A DNA stretch of 63,264 nucleotides, counting the filler, from Stramenopiles sp. TOSAG23-2 (taxonomy: Eukaryota), in NCBI GenBank assembly GCA_900128395.1. It is 28 parts of 28 records of this genome, joined end to end, with 100 filler letters (N's around TTAATTAATTAA, not from the genome) between each part and the next. Parts side by side here need not be neighbours in the genome. Positions count along the whole stretch, not along the records: positions 45,353 to 47,506 come from LT651970.1; positions 47,607 to 49,759 come from LT651971.1; positions 49,860 to 52,011 come from LT651972.1; positions 52,112 to 54,263 come from LT651973.1; positions 54,364 to 56,514 come from LT651974.1; positions 56,615 to 58,765 come from LT651975.1; positions 58,866 to 61,015 come from LT651976.1; 21 more parts are not named here. One strand, 5' to 3'. The position numbers were made by a program, and so were the translations under genes. The first letter of the stretch is position 1, and every line of letters begins with the position of its first letter. Positions 46,528-58,882 of the stretch are shown piece by piece. Under the pieces are notes generated by a model that had not been told where the DNA came from, made no database searches, and worked only from the letters and a program-made list of their open reading frames with translations.

Positions 46528-47302
46528 AGATGGTGGTACATTAGGTAATAGTGGATTGTCTGGATCTGGCCCAAGTAGTAATCGGATGATGATGGATGGT
46601 AGTAGTAGCAATCGCCGTAGTGGTGCAGCAATTTATAGTAATATTGATTTGGAACATGAAGTAGCGAATGAAGATCCTAGAACTTTACGAAAAGCAATTT
46701 TGAATGAACGTGCAGCACCACATATATTACCATATGAACAACAAGCGGTAGAAGATTTGACCGTGATCATAAATAATCAACAAAAAATTATTGACGATGT
46801 CATGGATTTCAAACCACAAAATGAGCAAGAAGGTACGAAAGTAGTAGATGATAAGTTTGCATGTAGTTTATATCAAATGGAAGTAAATCGTTTAAATTAT
46901 ATTGTAACTTCATACCATCGTACAAGATTACGTAAAATACAACAATATCCAATGCACATATATCGAGATAATGAATTAAAACAACGTTTATCCAAAGCAG
47001 AATTTTCATTTTTAACGGATTATATTGATTTAATAAGTGGGCATTTGGAACAAACAGTAACAAATCATTTACCAAAGCAATTCCAAAGTTTAACAGATGA
47101 AGGTTCCCTTGGTTCGGTATCAATGATTCCACATCCAAATTTAAATAAATATGTATTTATAAAAGCTAAAGAAGATATTGGCGATGTTGAAATTGTTGAT
47201 GGCCCAGAAGGCGTACAAACTATTAATAAGGACGATGTGTTCGCAGTCATTTATGAACCGATTGAACATTTATTATTGGATAATAAAATAGAATTGATTT
47301 AA
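46364..47302 (+). CDS. GINS4: GINS complex subunit Sld5; one copy of the duplicated 90-bp start region is probably spurious (alternative ATG 46454)
   Basis: NERAAPHILPYE, YQMEVNRLNYIVTSYHRTRLRKIQQY, RLSKAEFSF, MIPHPNLNKYVF, terminal IELI. Confidence 0.92.
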   Translation: MDFDFDETDLNAIDDNNNRRKTPSRIIYIIMDFDFDETDLNAIDDNNNRRKTPSRDGGTLGNSGLSGSGPSSNRMMMDGSSSNRRSGAAIYSNIDLEHEVANEDPRTLRKAILNERAAPHILPYEQQAVEDLTVIINNQQKIIDDVMDFKPQNEQEGTKVVDDKFACSLYQMEVNRLNYIVTSYHRTRLRKIQQYPMHIYRDNELKQRLSKAEFSFLTDYIDLISGHLEQTVTNHLPKQFQSLTDEGSLGSVSMIPHPNLNKYVFIKAKEDIGDVEIVDGPEGVQTINKDDVFAVIYEPIEHLLLDNKIELI

Positions 47303-47447
47303 CTGGGAAAGAAGATATTGGCGATGTTGAAATTGTTGATGGCCCAGAAGGCGTACAAACTATTAATAAGGACGATGTGTTCGCAGTCATTTATGAACCG
47401 ATTGAACATTTATTATTGGATAATAAAATAGAATTGATTTAACTGGG
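47168..47447. repeat. Exact 140-bp tandem duplication covering the Sld5 stop codon
   Basis: aaagaagatattggcg...gatttaactggg at 47168-47307 and 47308-47447. Confidence 0.92.
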
Positions 47448-47606
47448 TATGTATATATATATATCAGAGAGAGTAGCACGTAGTATATTAAATATGAAAT
47501 AATACANNNNNNNNNNNNNNNNNNNNNNNNNNNNNNNNNNNNNNNNNNNNTTAATTAATTAANNNNNNNNNNNNNNNNNNNNNNNNNNNNNNNNNNNNNN
47601 NNNNNN

Positions 47607-48151
47607 AAATTTAATGGAAGGGAGCGTGGCAAAGAAAAAAAGTGAAAGTGATATGGTGACGTAATAATATATTATGCATGTACGACGTTCGTATCAAATA
47701 TTTATATATATATTTATATAAAATATACAACATGTATCATGTTCAATATTAATTTTACGTTCGTATAATTTTACAACAATGTTTTCTATACGTCTCTCTT
47801 TTCCTTGTTGTCTCTCTCTTTTTTACGAATAATTTCCATAAACATATGTGAAATTTTCATACTCAACTTTTGTCAACCATGCTATGATAATTCATCCATG
47901 TTTGTCTAAATCGTTTTTCACAAATAAAACCCCTTTGTTTCACAGACCTAATATAAAAAAAACAAATATTATCATATGAAAAAAATATGATAAAACAAAA
48001 GAAGGTTATCTAGATGTGTGAGACATAAAAGATTTACTTCGTATGTTCGCGTTTTTTGTTAAAAAAATTATTTTATTCTCACACAAACGCCTTATTCGTC
48101 ACCATATCACTTTCACTTTTTTTCTTTGCCACGCTCCCTTCCATTAAATTT
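47607..48151. repeat. 55-bp inverted repeat (47607-47661 vs 48097-48151), coding-like on both arms
   Basis: Exact reverse complements encoding NLMEGSVAKKKSESDMVT in convergent orientation. Confidence 0.9.
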
Positions 48152-48455
48152 TTCGCACTTTTAATTTTTAAAAATGCATGGGACCATCCTTTGTTTTTAC
48201 CCAAACGCATGTATTGACGAAATGTAGATTTACTTTCTATCCTTTTATTGTCAAAATGCACTACCAAATGTGTGATTTCGCGTTTCAATTCTTTCGTCTC
48301 TTCTTTGCCATTGCTATCATCATCATCTACTAAAATTTGGCCGTATAAAATTTAAAATTGTATATTTAAAATTACCAATGGTTTTATTTGTGCACATTAA
48401 ATATGATTAAGATCAATCACCAGTGTTTGTCTGCTAACACAATCTTTTTCTTTTC

Positions 48456-48800
48456 TCAATGTGGCGCATCACTATCGATTCCACTTCTTTCACTATCACT
48501 CAAACCATTATCTATTTCATCGCCTGAGCCCATTGGTAATAAATGTCCTTCATCATCCGTCTCTTCCATCATTCCTAATACTTCTTCATTGACTTTTGTA
48601 CCGCCTTGATCATCATTTTTATCCCCACTTACTACTGGATTTGAAAACCTGTTCTTCGTATTAGTTGTATTACTACTATTTCTACTATCTTTCTGTTCAT
48701 CGCGATCCTTTATTAATTTCTCAATATGATCGTTAAATATATTTTCACGATCTTTATCTGATAATATTTTTCTACCTAACTTTTGACCAGTCTTAAACAA
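48456..48800 (-). CDS. Hypothetical protein with FF-domain-like helix; may continue by splicing into 48079-48288
   Basis: LSDKDRENIFNDHIEKL resembles the last helix of FF domains. Exon structure not resolved. Confidence 0.35.
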   Translation of the reverse strand: MFKTGQKLGRKILSDKDRENIFNDHIEKLIKDRDEQKDSRNSSNTTNTKNRFSNPVVSGDKNDDQGGTKVNEEVLGMMEETDDEGHLLPMGSGDEIDNGLSDSERSGIDSDAPH

Positions 48801-51362
48801 TGGATCGTATCGTCTATCAAATCGTATTTTGTATATTATATTATATATATATTTTATATGTATATATTATATGTTTATATAAGAAATGTTATTTGATAAC
48901 TATTGTTGATACAAATGTGCATATACATATATATATATGCGTGTTAGTAAAGGTTTTGATTAATCATGTGTTCTTGATTATTTATATTATTATCTATTCA
49001 TTGTTTTTTGTTTATTTTATATAAAATTGTACAATTGTACTGCTACTATTCGGTTGTGCATTTGTCACAACATATTTTTTTCATCATCACACGATTTTTG
49101 ATGCTGTGTTAGGCCTATCTATAGTGTCGCTACAATATGGTCCAGCTTTTTCACCTTACCTGTATTATACATAGTCTATATATATGAAGTAGAGATTCAA
49201 TTATGAAAAGCATCCAAAAAAACACATGCGGAAACAGTATACATTTGTACGAAAGTTTATATATGAGATGACGAAGATTAGTGTGTGGTATTGGGAAATT
49301 GTAGAACTTTATATGCGTAGAACACACTCTCTACCATAATATAAAATATGTTTTGCTTTAAAATGTGCATTTGGTGAGTCGTATAATGACTTGTACCCTG
49401 GTACAATTTATTCTCCGCCTTCCTATGATGCCCGTTTTCCATCAACTATTATGAGTAGTTGATACCATCTATTTACCTTCATTGGTATTCTCGATTATGA
49501 GAATATCAACATCACTAGTGTGAGATAGATTATTTCAGTTATTTTGATTAAAAATAAATTATGCGTAAATTAAATCACATACGAATTCGTATAAAATATG
49601 ATACTCGTATTTTTTTACTCTTTTCTACGCGTTTAAAAATATTATTGATATGATACACGTATTCGTATCATATCGGTGTATCATATCATACACAGCGCCT
49701 ATAATTTACTTCTCATCCTCACTTTTCTTCTTGACTGGTATTGGAATATTCATTGCCGTNNNNNNNNNNNNNNNNNNNNNNNNNNNNNNNNNNNNNNNNN
49801 NNNTTAATTAATTAANNNNNNNNNNNNNNNNNNNNNNNNNNNNNNNNNNNNNNNNNNNNTGCTTCAATTTCCATACTTCGATGCATGTTTGGTATGTTTT
49901 TTTTTCGATCGTCACCAAATCGATTTATTATTTTGTATACTTATTCGTAGTGTTTTGTTGTGCCGTGTCCCGCTGCACCACTACGCCAGCCGTCAGATGG
50001 TCAGATGTGGTCAGATGCCGGTAATACTTTTTTGTAACGAATCAATTCCCTAAAACGGTTGCTGTCAGAGATATCCTATAATATTCACATGTTATATCTA
50101 GATTCTAGTCCATTCCAATGCATTTGGGCTTAAATTGTATCTGCGTAAATGGGAAAACATGCTGCGCATTTGCAAGTGTTTGGATGCCGCATGAGACTAC
50201 TACAAAAATACGCGATGTTTTTGAAGAAAATGATCAAGGCATAAAACGATACACCAATTATTGATAAGAATTCTAAGCATTAAAGCTAATATCAAAAAGA
50301 CGGAATCCAAAATAACAAATAAGAACAATAAATAAATAAAAACCATGAAAATAATAAATGAGGATTCTTTATTCACCAAATGCCAAATATATTCAACTGA
50401 TTGTTGAATATATCAAAATTAAACAAAAATCACGATAAATAATAAGATCAATAAGATGTAATACCAACTATAGACCAATATATATAACATGATTATTAAA
50501 AAATAATAACCAATTATTGCTTATTTTCATCCTTGGGGATTATCTTTAAAAAAGGAACAAATCAAAAATGTAAAATGTGGAATGCAGAGGAATATAATTG
50601 AAGAATCCAACATATGAATCTTAAGAGATATAATCAATTAATGACTGATTACATGAAACATTGAAAAATATGATAACTACGTGGTATATCCTCTGGGTAT
50701 ATATATATATTTTTAATTGCAATAAATATTAACGTGTATAAATATATTTATGATGGACGACAGAAACTGTAACCATAAAACGATAGCATGGAAATAGCAT
50801 ACGAGCATTACCATGAAAATACAACTGATACACATTGGAAGATTTTACGAAATACGACAATCTCACAATGAGGCGGGGTATTAATTCCTGTCTATGATAT
50901 CAATATAGGAATACAGCTGACAATACAATCATGAAGTACTTATAAGAATAAACTGTAGCGTTTCAACGGGAATAATATAGGAATAGCATTGCAATTTATA
51001 AAGACGCAGTCTTAACGATCAAAAGATAACATGATAATATAAAGCACTTATATATATACTTGAACACGGAAAAGAACATAAAGTGTATACGAGAGAAGAA
51101 GAGTGTATAACTATTATAAGAGAATTATACGATATATGTTAATTATATTTAGTATTGATATAACTTACGTGTTTTATATCACTCTACGATTAATATTTAA
51201 TAATTTAAAACTAATCAAAAAGTTGATTGGCATTTTAATTCATATAACACTACAATCAGTCATACTTACCACAACATTTAAAAACTAATCAAAATGACTG
51301 GTATTTTAATCCACTAATACTACAATAATGCATACTTACCACAAACATCTAATCCATAAGTC

Positions 51363-51390
51363 ACCACTAACCACTAACCACTAACCACTA
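51363..51390. repeat. (ACCACTA)4 heptamer repeat
   Basis: accactaaccactaaccactaaccacta read directly. Confidence 0.85.
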
Positions 51391-51628
51391 CATACTACAT
51401 ACTACATAAGTCCATAAGTTGATATAGTCATTTTAATCCACATCACACTACAATCATTCATAGTCTACTTAAGCTACCCATACCGTTATTTTATCGTGCA
51501 TCAATCACATAACTTGGTTGTTAATTATTATATTTATTTAATCTACTTACATGTACACATTTACACTAGATGGATTGTTGTTGAGAGATAGACCGTGTAC
51601 ATGCAGAAAAAACATAGGTATTGCAAGT

Positions 51629-51865
51629 TGATTGATTGCAGGTTGATTACAGATTGATTGATTGATTGATTGATTCAGATTGATTGACTCAGATTGATTG
51701 GTTGATTCAGATTGGTTGATTCAGATTGATTGGATATAGATTAATTCAGATCGATTGATTGGTTGAAAGGTAGATTGAGATACCAGGTAGTTCCAGATAG
51801 TTCCAAACAGTAACAGATTAGATCGATTGGTTCAGATTGATTGATTGATTGATTGATTGATTGGG
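51629..51865. repeat. Degenerate (GATT)n / GATTCAGATT microsatellite region
   Basis: Runs of gattgattgatt with cagatt and ggtt variants. Confidence 0.85.
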
Positions 51866-52184
51866 ATAGGCTGTTGTTCAATCCACCAGATAGTTTCAAA
51901 ATACCTCGATCCAGATAAACAGATCGATATAGCGTACCTCCTTCACCGTCCACAACATGTTAAATTTAGGATATCGTGATCGATCGAAAGTAATAATAGC
52001 ATGTGTATCAGNNNNNNNNNNNNNNNNNNNNNNNNNNNNNNNNNNNNNNNNNNNNTTAATTAATTAANNNNNNNNNNNNNNNNNNNNNNNNNNNNNNNNN
52101 NNNNNNNNNNNACCTCTTTTCCAGTCATAATCATCCCAAGCCGATCTTCTACTATTTTTTTAATTTATTCAAAAGGTTCTTGAT

Positions 52185-52892
52185 TTGGAAATTGAGGTCT
52201 TAAACCATTTTACAAAGGCAGTTAAAGAAGAAGCGCAAATATTAATTAATGGGGAACCGGAACAAATGGTTGAGGAGGGTAATATTTTACACACTTTTGA
52301 ACAAATTAAAAAAATAGTAGAAGATCGGCTTGGGATGATTATGACTGGAAAAGAGGTTGATCTAACAGTATTTCCATTTTCAGATGATTGTTGCCATCTC
52401 CCTAATTGCGAATCACACCATCGTTATGGCGATGAATACTTTCATCAGCACTGTCATTCTTGTGGAGATTATCAATCATGGAAGACACCTATCTTGATCT
52501 TGTCATATTCAGGGCTAAATAAAGATTTAGACAAGGAAATCTGTGTTTGTACAGGCTGTGAAGATTGGTATTATGACGATGGCTATATTGATGATGAGGG
52601 ACGTTTACAAAGGCAAAGAGTAGAAAATAATAATCATGAGAATCTTCATCTTATACTCTCTAATGCATTGATAAAAGCAAAGAAGGTCGGGAAGGAGTTT
52701 AGTATTCTTAACAACATTAAAACTACATCTGAATTCTTTAAGCGACGAAACGAATATATAGATATTTACACGAATACAATCAATTCTAGCGCGGATGATT
52801 TAAATTGTGGAAGTGCAGATAATTTTGATTTCATTGATGATTATTTCGATGAGGAATGTGAAGTTGTATTAAGTAGTACTATAGATGGATAG
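52185..52892 (+). CDS. Hypothetical Cys/His-rich acidic protein (possibly a terminal exon)
   Basis: 235-aa frame with CCHLPNCESHH, HCHSC and CVCTGC. No ATG at the start; possible acceptor ...ttcaaaag just upstream. Confidence 0.5.
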   Translation: MEIEVLNHFTKAVKEEAQILINGEPEQMVEEGNILHTFEQIKKIVEDRLGMIMTGKEVDLTVFPFSDDCCHLPNCESHHRYGDEYFHQHCHSCGDYQSWKTPILILSYSGLNKDLDKEICVCTGCEDWYYDDGYIDDEGRLQRQRVENNNHENLHLILSNALIKAKKVGKEFSILNNIKTTSEFFKRRNEYIDIYTNTINSSADDLNCGSADNFDFIDDYFDEECEVVLSSTIDG

Positions 52893-53208
52893 TGTGTGTT
52901 AGTAAAAAAGATACGCGTACGAACGAAAAAAATTTAAAGTCAGGAACTTATATGATACCTGGTATGATATTTAGATGAACAAATGCAATATCACAGCCGT
53001 TAGTTTTTTATTTGAGCTGACATATATATATTCGTGACAAATACACTTTAAATTTAATTTAAAAATATGAACTAAGTAATCTTGATTTTTTTAAAAATAT
53101 TTTCTTTTTATACCCCCGGAGAACTTTAAACTCGCGTCGTGCCTTTGGGCATTTATATTTTTATAAAAAATTAAAATAAAAAATATGATAATAATTTTTT
53201 TTTGTGTT

Positions 53209-53730
53209 TTACCATAAAATAGCTATGGCCATCAAAACAACAATGGTGGTGCAATATATGTATTGCGAAATTTCACCAGAAATATTCAAACTAGTAACAC
53301 CAAGAGAGGCAGCTGCCCATAAAAACATCACAATTATATTCCATAATATTGATGGTGTTTTTGATTTTACCTTCAAATATTCGGTAATTTTTTCTTTCAT
53401 TTCAGGTGGAGAATGCGTTAAATGTTTTGGATCATGACACACTTCATCTAAAACACATACAGTAACTGTGCTGGACGCACGCTGCAAAACCCATATCATA
53501 CTAATGCAGAGATAGAACATACAAAAATAACACACACCCTTGATACCAAATTCTGATAATGTATCAACTTCTACAGCACTGCAGGTACTCGGTGCACTAC
53601 ACAAGTATAATCCACCAAAATATTTTTTCATTGGAATCCAAGCAAAGTTCATTAAACATGCAGACAAAGTAAATGCACCAGATCTTGCCGGGGTAGAAGA
53701 TCTTTTTTTCTTACTTTTTGCTCTTGGCAT
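53209..53730 (-). CDS. Small 4-TM hypothetical membrane protein
   Basis: ATG-started 173-aa ORF with a basic N-terminus and four hydrophobic segments. Confidence 0.55.
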   Translation of the reverse strand: MPRAKSKKKRSSTPARSGAFTLSACLMNFAWIPMKKYFGGLYLCSAPSTCSAVEVDTLSEFGIKGVCYFCMFYLCISMIWVLQRASSTVTVCVLDEVCHDPKHLTHSPPEMKEKITEYLKVKSKTPSILWNIIVMFLWAAASLGVTSLNISGEISQYIYCTTIVVLMAIAILW

Positions 53731-54821
53731 ATTGATAACGATTTAAAACAAATATAATGTGATTATAATGATACTACTATTAAAAATAATAACAATATAT
53801 ATATATATATATATATGTATGTATAATATTATTTCTTGTTAATAATTTTGGAAAAGGAAATTTAATTTTTCGTTTCTTCTTCGTTTCTTTTATAGTTAGA
53901 TAATATATAATAATATCTTTGTGCTTAGGTGTACTGGTGGTAATAGGTGCTTGCTGGGCTTTTGCAGGCTTGGAAGAAAAATACCGTAAAGATCCAAAAA
54001 AAAAAAAAAGATACCTCCTGATGTGTGTGGTGCCCTCTGCCCTATTAAGGCCTGCCCTGGGCCTGCCTTACGCACCTTACCACCAGTAGGGCCTGGTATT
54101 AATATTAATATTGTAAAAAAAGATCCATCTTTTTCCTTTTATATACATGTAGCTTACCTGGTATTAAAGGTGTGAGATATGGAGCTATTGCCTGTATTGG
54201 CTGCAAACCCTATCAAGTATAGTAGTCTTTTTGTGAGAATTAACCTTAAGTCTTGGAGATACANNNNNNNNNNNNNNNNNNNNNNNNNNNNNNNNNNNNN
54301 NNNNNNNTTAATTAATTAANNNNNNNNNNNNNNNNNNNNNNNNNNNNNNNNNNNNNNNNNNNNGGTTGGGGAAAAAGTTTTTACAGATTTTTTGATCTAG
54401 CAGGTTCATAGGCTTATGAACACTGGAATACCTCAAATTTTAACTGAAAGGTCGTAATCCGCCTTAATATAATTGTTACTGTGCCGGCCACCACCGGCCA
54501 CCGGCCAGTCGTAAATTTTCGGTACAAATTTTAGTATACTTAAACACTATATTACCTATCAAATACACAATGGCCAATGGCCACGCGTTTATTATGCAAA
54601 AAGCACAAAACAAAAAACTAAAAGTGCAAAACTACTACTGTACAGTAACAGGACAGCCCAGGACAGCCTGGACAGCAAACACCAAGCAAAAAAAAAGAAA
54701 AAACTACGCAAAAATTAGATATTTATGGATATGTTCAAAATAATATTTTCATATAGATGTAAAATTTATATATATATATATATATATATACTTGTATATA
54801 TAAAAACGATACGACGATATA

Positions 54822-55941
54822 ATGGTACAAATTGAAGAAATTGTGGAAAAGGATGAGAAAGTGACCACAAAAAATGCAAGTAAAAAAAGAATAATAACAA
54901 AAAAAAAAGATGATTTAGTTAATTTCTTTCCATCTGATAAATGGACTGGGGAAAAAAAAGGATATGTCTTCAAAGTTGGAAAAAGAGGATTAGGATATTA
55001 TCTAGATGTTGGTTTGCCATTACCAACAAAAGCAAAGACAACAATAAATTCGAAAACATCATATATGTTACCAGATTATCCATATTTAATTTTATCTTTT
55101 TTACCAATTCTTATATGTATTATTGCGATAGTTGTTATTATATTAGCTGTGAAGTTAGCAAATAAATATCCAGGCCATTTACCAAAAGGTGTAAGTAAAA
55201 TACTATTCCTCTAAACCTAAAATATAAAAAAAAGTATGCTCTCTAACACATCACTCATTTCTACGCTACACTTTACAGGTTACTTATCCCCCAATATCCC
55301 TTGCAATGGCTAAAAATCCAGAACGAACATATGGTCAATACGGTTTTCCATTTGTTTCTTTATTATTTATTATATGTTATTTACCAATGAAAAATGTAAT
55401 TGTTATGACTGTTGAGAAAAAACATAAAACTAGCGTTTCAAATGCATGTTGGGGTGCATTAATTGGTTTTGTATGTTTGGGCATCGTCGGGGCTATTCCA
55501 TTACAAGAAAATGCTGTTTTACTAAGTTCGAAAAATAGTAAAGTGACATTGGAAACACAATCGATAATACATCAAGCTGCAGCAGGTATTTTTTTCATGT
55601 GTTCAATATGGCATACACAAACGATTTTAGGTGTAATGGTAGATACGGAATCACCTATCTTAAATGCAAATATTAAACGAAATTATATATCATACTTATT
55701 TAAACAAGGAAGTATGTATATGATGTTTTTACCAGCAGTAATTTCATTTGTTTTACATCCAACATCTAGTATAGCAAAAATGTTAAAACTAAACAAATTG
55801 TTTAATGCTGGTGATATGGGTGGTATATCACAGTACATAGCAGTATTAGCAGTTATGATTTTTTTCACATCGTATTCTATTGATTTTTATCATTGTCATC
55901 AAATCAAGCAAAAAAATATACGATTGAAGAAGCTTGATTGA
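54822..55941 (+). CDS. Frag1/DRAM/Sfk1-like membrane protein; two exons (54822-55190, 55279-55941)
   Basis: A GTAAGT...CTAAC...TTACAG intron at 55191-55278 joins GHLPKG to VTYPPISLAMAKNPER in frame; IHQAAAGIFF; SQYIAV..IFFTSYSIDF. Confidence 0.75.
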
Positions 55942-57048
55942 AAAGAGGATATTATATTGTGTAATCTAGGTCCTAGTACATATTGTGTGTGTGTTGTTCT
56001 TCTGTGTAGATAACAAAAAGATAAAAAAACAAGCGGCGTGAGTTTTTTAATTTAATTTTTTAAATCTGTCTAGATTTGAAAATTTACAATTTATCTTTGT
56101 TTTGTTCGCTGTTAACCGCTTTACTGATAACATTTTTTAAAATTCGTATTTTTTGTTTTTTTGTTTTTGCTGTTTGTTATCTATTTAATCTTGAACATTT
56201 TTAGTATTTATATGAATTGTTTGTTGCACTGTTCTTTTCAAGGAAGAATGAAATTATTTTTCAGCGGGCTTCTTTTAGAGAGAGAGGATCTGAATTGTTC
56301 TGGATTAGGATGGACATAGGCCTAAGTTTTGGCCAGGAGGTCATTTATTCTTGTTCCCATATACTGGTACATAGTGGTATTTACCTGCTTTTTTGCCACT
56401 CGTTATTAACATTCAAATCGTGATCAACACATATAAAAAAAAATATATATATAGAACAAAGAGTAGATAGAATAAAAAAAGAAGATACAAGGCCAAATTG
56501 TCATGAGAGCAATGNNNNNNNNNNNNNNNNNNNNNNNNNNNNNNNNNNNNNNNNNNNNTTAATTAATTAANNNNNNNNNNNNNNNNNNNNNNNNNNNNNN
56601 NNNNNNNNNNNNNNTTTTCTGTGCGCCCGGCGCGTGAGGCCTGTCCCACGTTCGGTGCAAACATCTGTAGTAGTGTAGTAGACACAGCCAGGAGGACAGC
56701 ACGCCCTTCAAGGCAATAATTTCAATTTAAATTGAAGAATAAATATAATATCCTTAATAATTTATTTGATATTAGAGTAAAGCCGCCACACCACCACACG
56801 GACCACGGGAGAAGCAACCCAGAGCAACCTTAACCAGCTAACATATATATATGATATATGAAATATTAAAACTTTTCCTTGAAAAGTCTAGGAACTAGAT
56901 TATATAGATAGAAGATGTAATACATGTTACATACAAATATTCAATATATATGATACAAGAAAAAAGAGAACATCAACTATCATTATCATTTTCATATACT
57001 ATATATCATACCTATAAACATATATACATACATAAATCAATATCCACC

Positions 57049-58380
57049 ATGTTAAATGCAATTGCAAGATCAACTACAAAATTATTACGACGTAGTTATA
57101 CAAATCAAATGAAAATTCGTAATAAAACAACAGCTATTGCAAGTAATTATAATAAAGAATATCATAGGAAACATTTAAATGTTGCTTTATCAAGCTATTT
57201 AAATGAATATAAAAAAAAGAAGCCAACACCGATTGCATTAAGAGATATGTTAAAGTGGGAAAAGATGCAATCAACCACAACATCAAAGTTATTGGCACTT
57301 GAGTTAATGACACGATTAGCAAATCGTATTCATGATTTAGAATCGTTTCCACCTGTCTTCTTAAACACAGAGTATACTCAAAGTGTGTTAGCTTTATATA
57401 CAAATTTCTTCGAAGATTTGGCTTTAATGTACCACGGCGATAACAGCAGTGATTCAACACAAAAAAAATGGGACGAAGATTCCTTCCAAGAACTAATCAA
57501 AATGTTTAAAAATAATGATAGTGCAACTGTACCATCTTTAGCGAAAGGGATGCGAACAGCATTGAATACTTATTCTAAAAAATGTGAAACTAGTCTTGAC
57601 GATGATGTAGATGCAGACGATTACTTGCCTAAAGATCTAGAATTAGATCTTTTTTATCAATCAAGATTAGGCATTCGTATGTTGATTGGACAAAGAGTAA
57701 AACCACGTATCAAGAATGGAATAGATGTTGTTGCAATTGCTAGGCAAAGTTATGAACGTGCACGAAAATTATCATTAGAGCATTATGGCTTTGCTCCAGA
57801 AATTGAATTTTTAGGCCATGTATCCGAGGATGATTGGGATGTGTCTGAAGTATTTGGTGGTTTTTGCTATGTGCCATCACATTTAGAACACATATTATTT
57901 GAACTTATTAAAAATTCCATGCGCGCAACTGTGGAGCAGTACAACGATGGGGTATACACTAAAGGCGATGGAGATCATATTTTAAGAGAGAACGGGATGC
58001 CACCTATACAGATTGTTATAAGCAAAGGTGATTATGATGTATCTATTAAAGTAAGTGATGAAGGTGGTGGTATAAAACGTCGTTTAATGCCACAAATTTG
58101 GTCATATAAATACTCAACGTCGCCATATCAGCTTTTACCTGCAAGTGCCGATGAAACAACAGAGAAGGGTCAAATAAAAAGAAGTGAAAGTGTAGAAGAA
58201 GATGCACAATTTATAACATTTCGCCAAAACTTTTTCGGTGGTGGTTTCGGATTGCCAATTGCGCGCGTATTTTCTAGATACTTTGGTGGTGATTTAAAAA
58301 TGATATCAATTGAAGGTTTTGGTACAGATGCATTTGTTTACATACCTCACTTAGGGCATTCAAAGGAAGTACAGCCGTAA
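57049..58380 (+). CDS. PDK: Mitochondrial pyruvate dehydrogenase kinase / BCKDH kinase family
   Basis: Presequence MLNAIARSTTKLLRR; ELMTRLANRI; FYQSRLGIRMLIGQ; YVPSHLEHILFELIKNSMRATVE; VSDEGGGI; GFGLPIARVFSRYFGGDL; EGFGTD. Confidence 0.92.
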   Translation: MLNAIARSTTKLLRRSYTNQMKIRNKTTAIASNYNKEYHRKHLNVALSSYLNEYKKKKPTPIALRDMLKWEKMQSTTTSKLLALELMTRLANRIHDLESFPPVFLNTEYTQSVLALYTNFFEDLALMYHGDNSSDSTQKKWDEDSFQELIKMFKNNDSATVPSLAKGMRTALNTYSKKCETSLDDDVDADDYLPKDLELDLFYQSRLGIRMLIGQRVKPRIKNGIDVVAIARQSYERARKLSLEHYGFAPEIEFLGHVSEDDWDVSEVFGGFCYVPSHLEHILFELIKNSMRATVEQYNDGVYTKGDGDHILRENGMPPIQIVISKGDYDVSIKVSDEGGGIKRRLMPQIWSYKYSTSPYQLLPASADETTEKGQIKRSESVEEDAQFITFRQNFFGGGFGLPIARVFSRYFGGDLKMISIEGFGTDAFVYIPHLGHSKEVQP

Positions 58381-58882
58381 CTTAACGTGTCGGTATAGGA
58401 TGAAGTACTTTTAAAAAAACGAAATATATTGATTATATTTTTTTTGTGTCTCGTATTTTAATATGATATTTAAAATATCATTATCATATTATGCATATAA
58501 AATCTTGTGTATTAATATTATTTCTCTTTTAAAATAAATATTTATTAATGTATATATATCATACGACTCGTATGATACACTCGTAAAATATATATTTTTT
58601 ACGAATATAATTATATAAATGATAATGATATACTCTGTATAAGTTTATATGCATATGAATGTTCAGCCCGTTCAACGAGCGCGCATGGAAGGATAGAAAC
58701 CTACTTGTGCTTGTAGAGTATTAGTTTGCAGAGGTGCATTAGAGCTTTACTATAGTAGGATAGCANNNNNNNNNNNNNNNNNNNNNNNNNNNNNNNNNNN
58801 NNNNNNNNNTTAATTAATTAANNNNNNNNNNNNNNNNNNNNNNNNNNNNNNNNNNNNNNNNNNNNTTCGATCATTATGTAAT

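Noticed and set aside
49860..52011. Hidden gene or structured RNA in the ORF-less contig
   Set aside because: Only short low-complexity ORFs and microsatellites were found; no tRNA, rRNA or snRNA motif was recognisable by eye. A covariance-model search would be needed to exclude one.
461..58380. Alternative genetic code or stop-codon readthrough
   Set aside because: Conserved proteins translate full length with the standard code and end at TAA, TAG or TGA at the expected positions.
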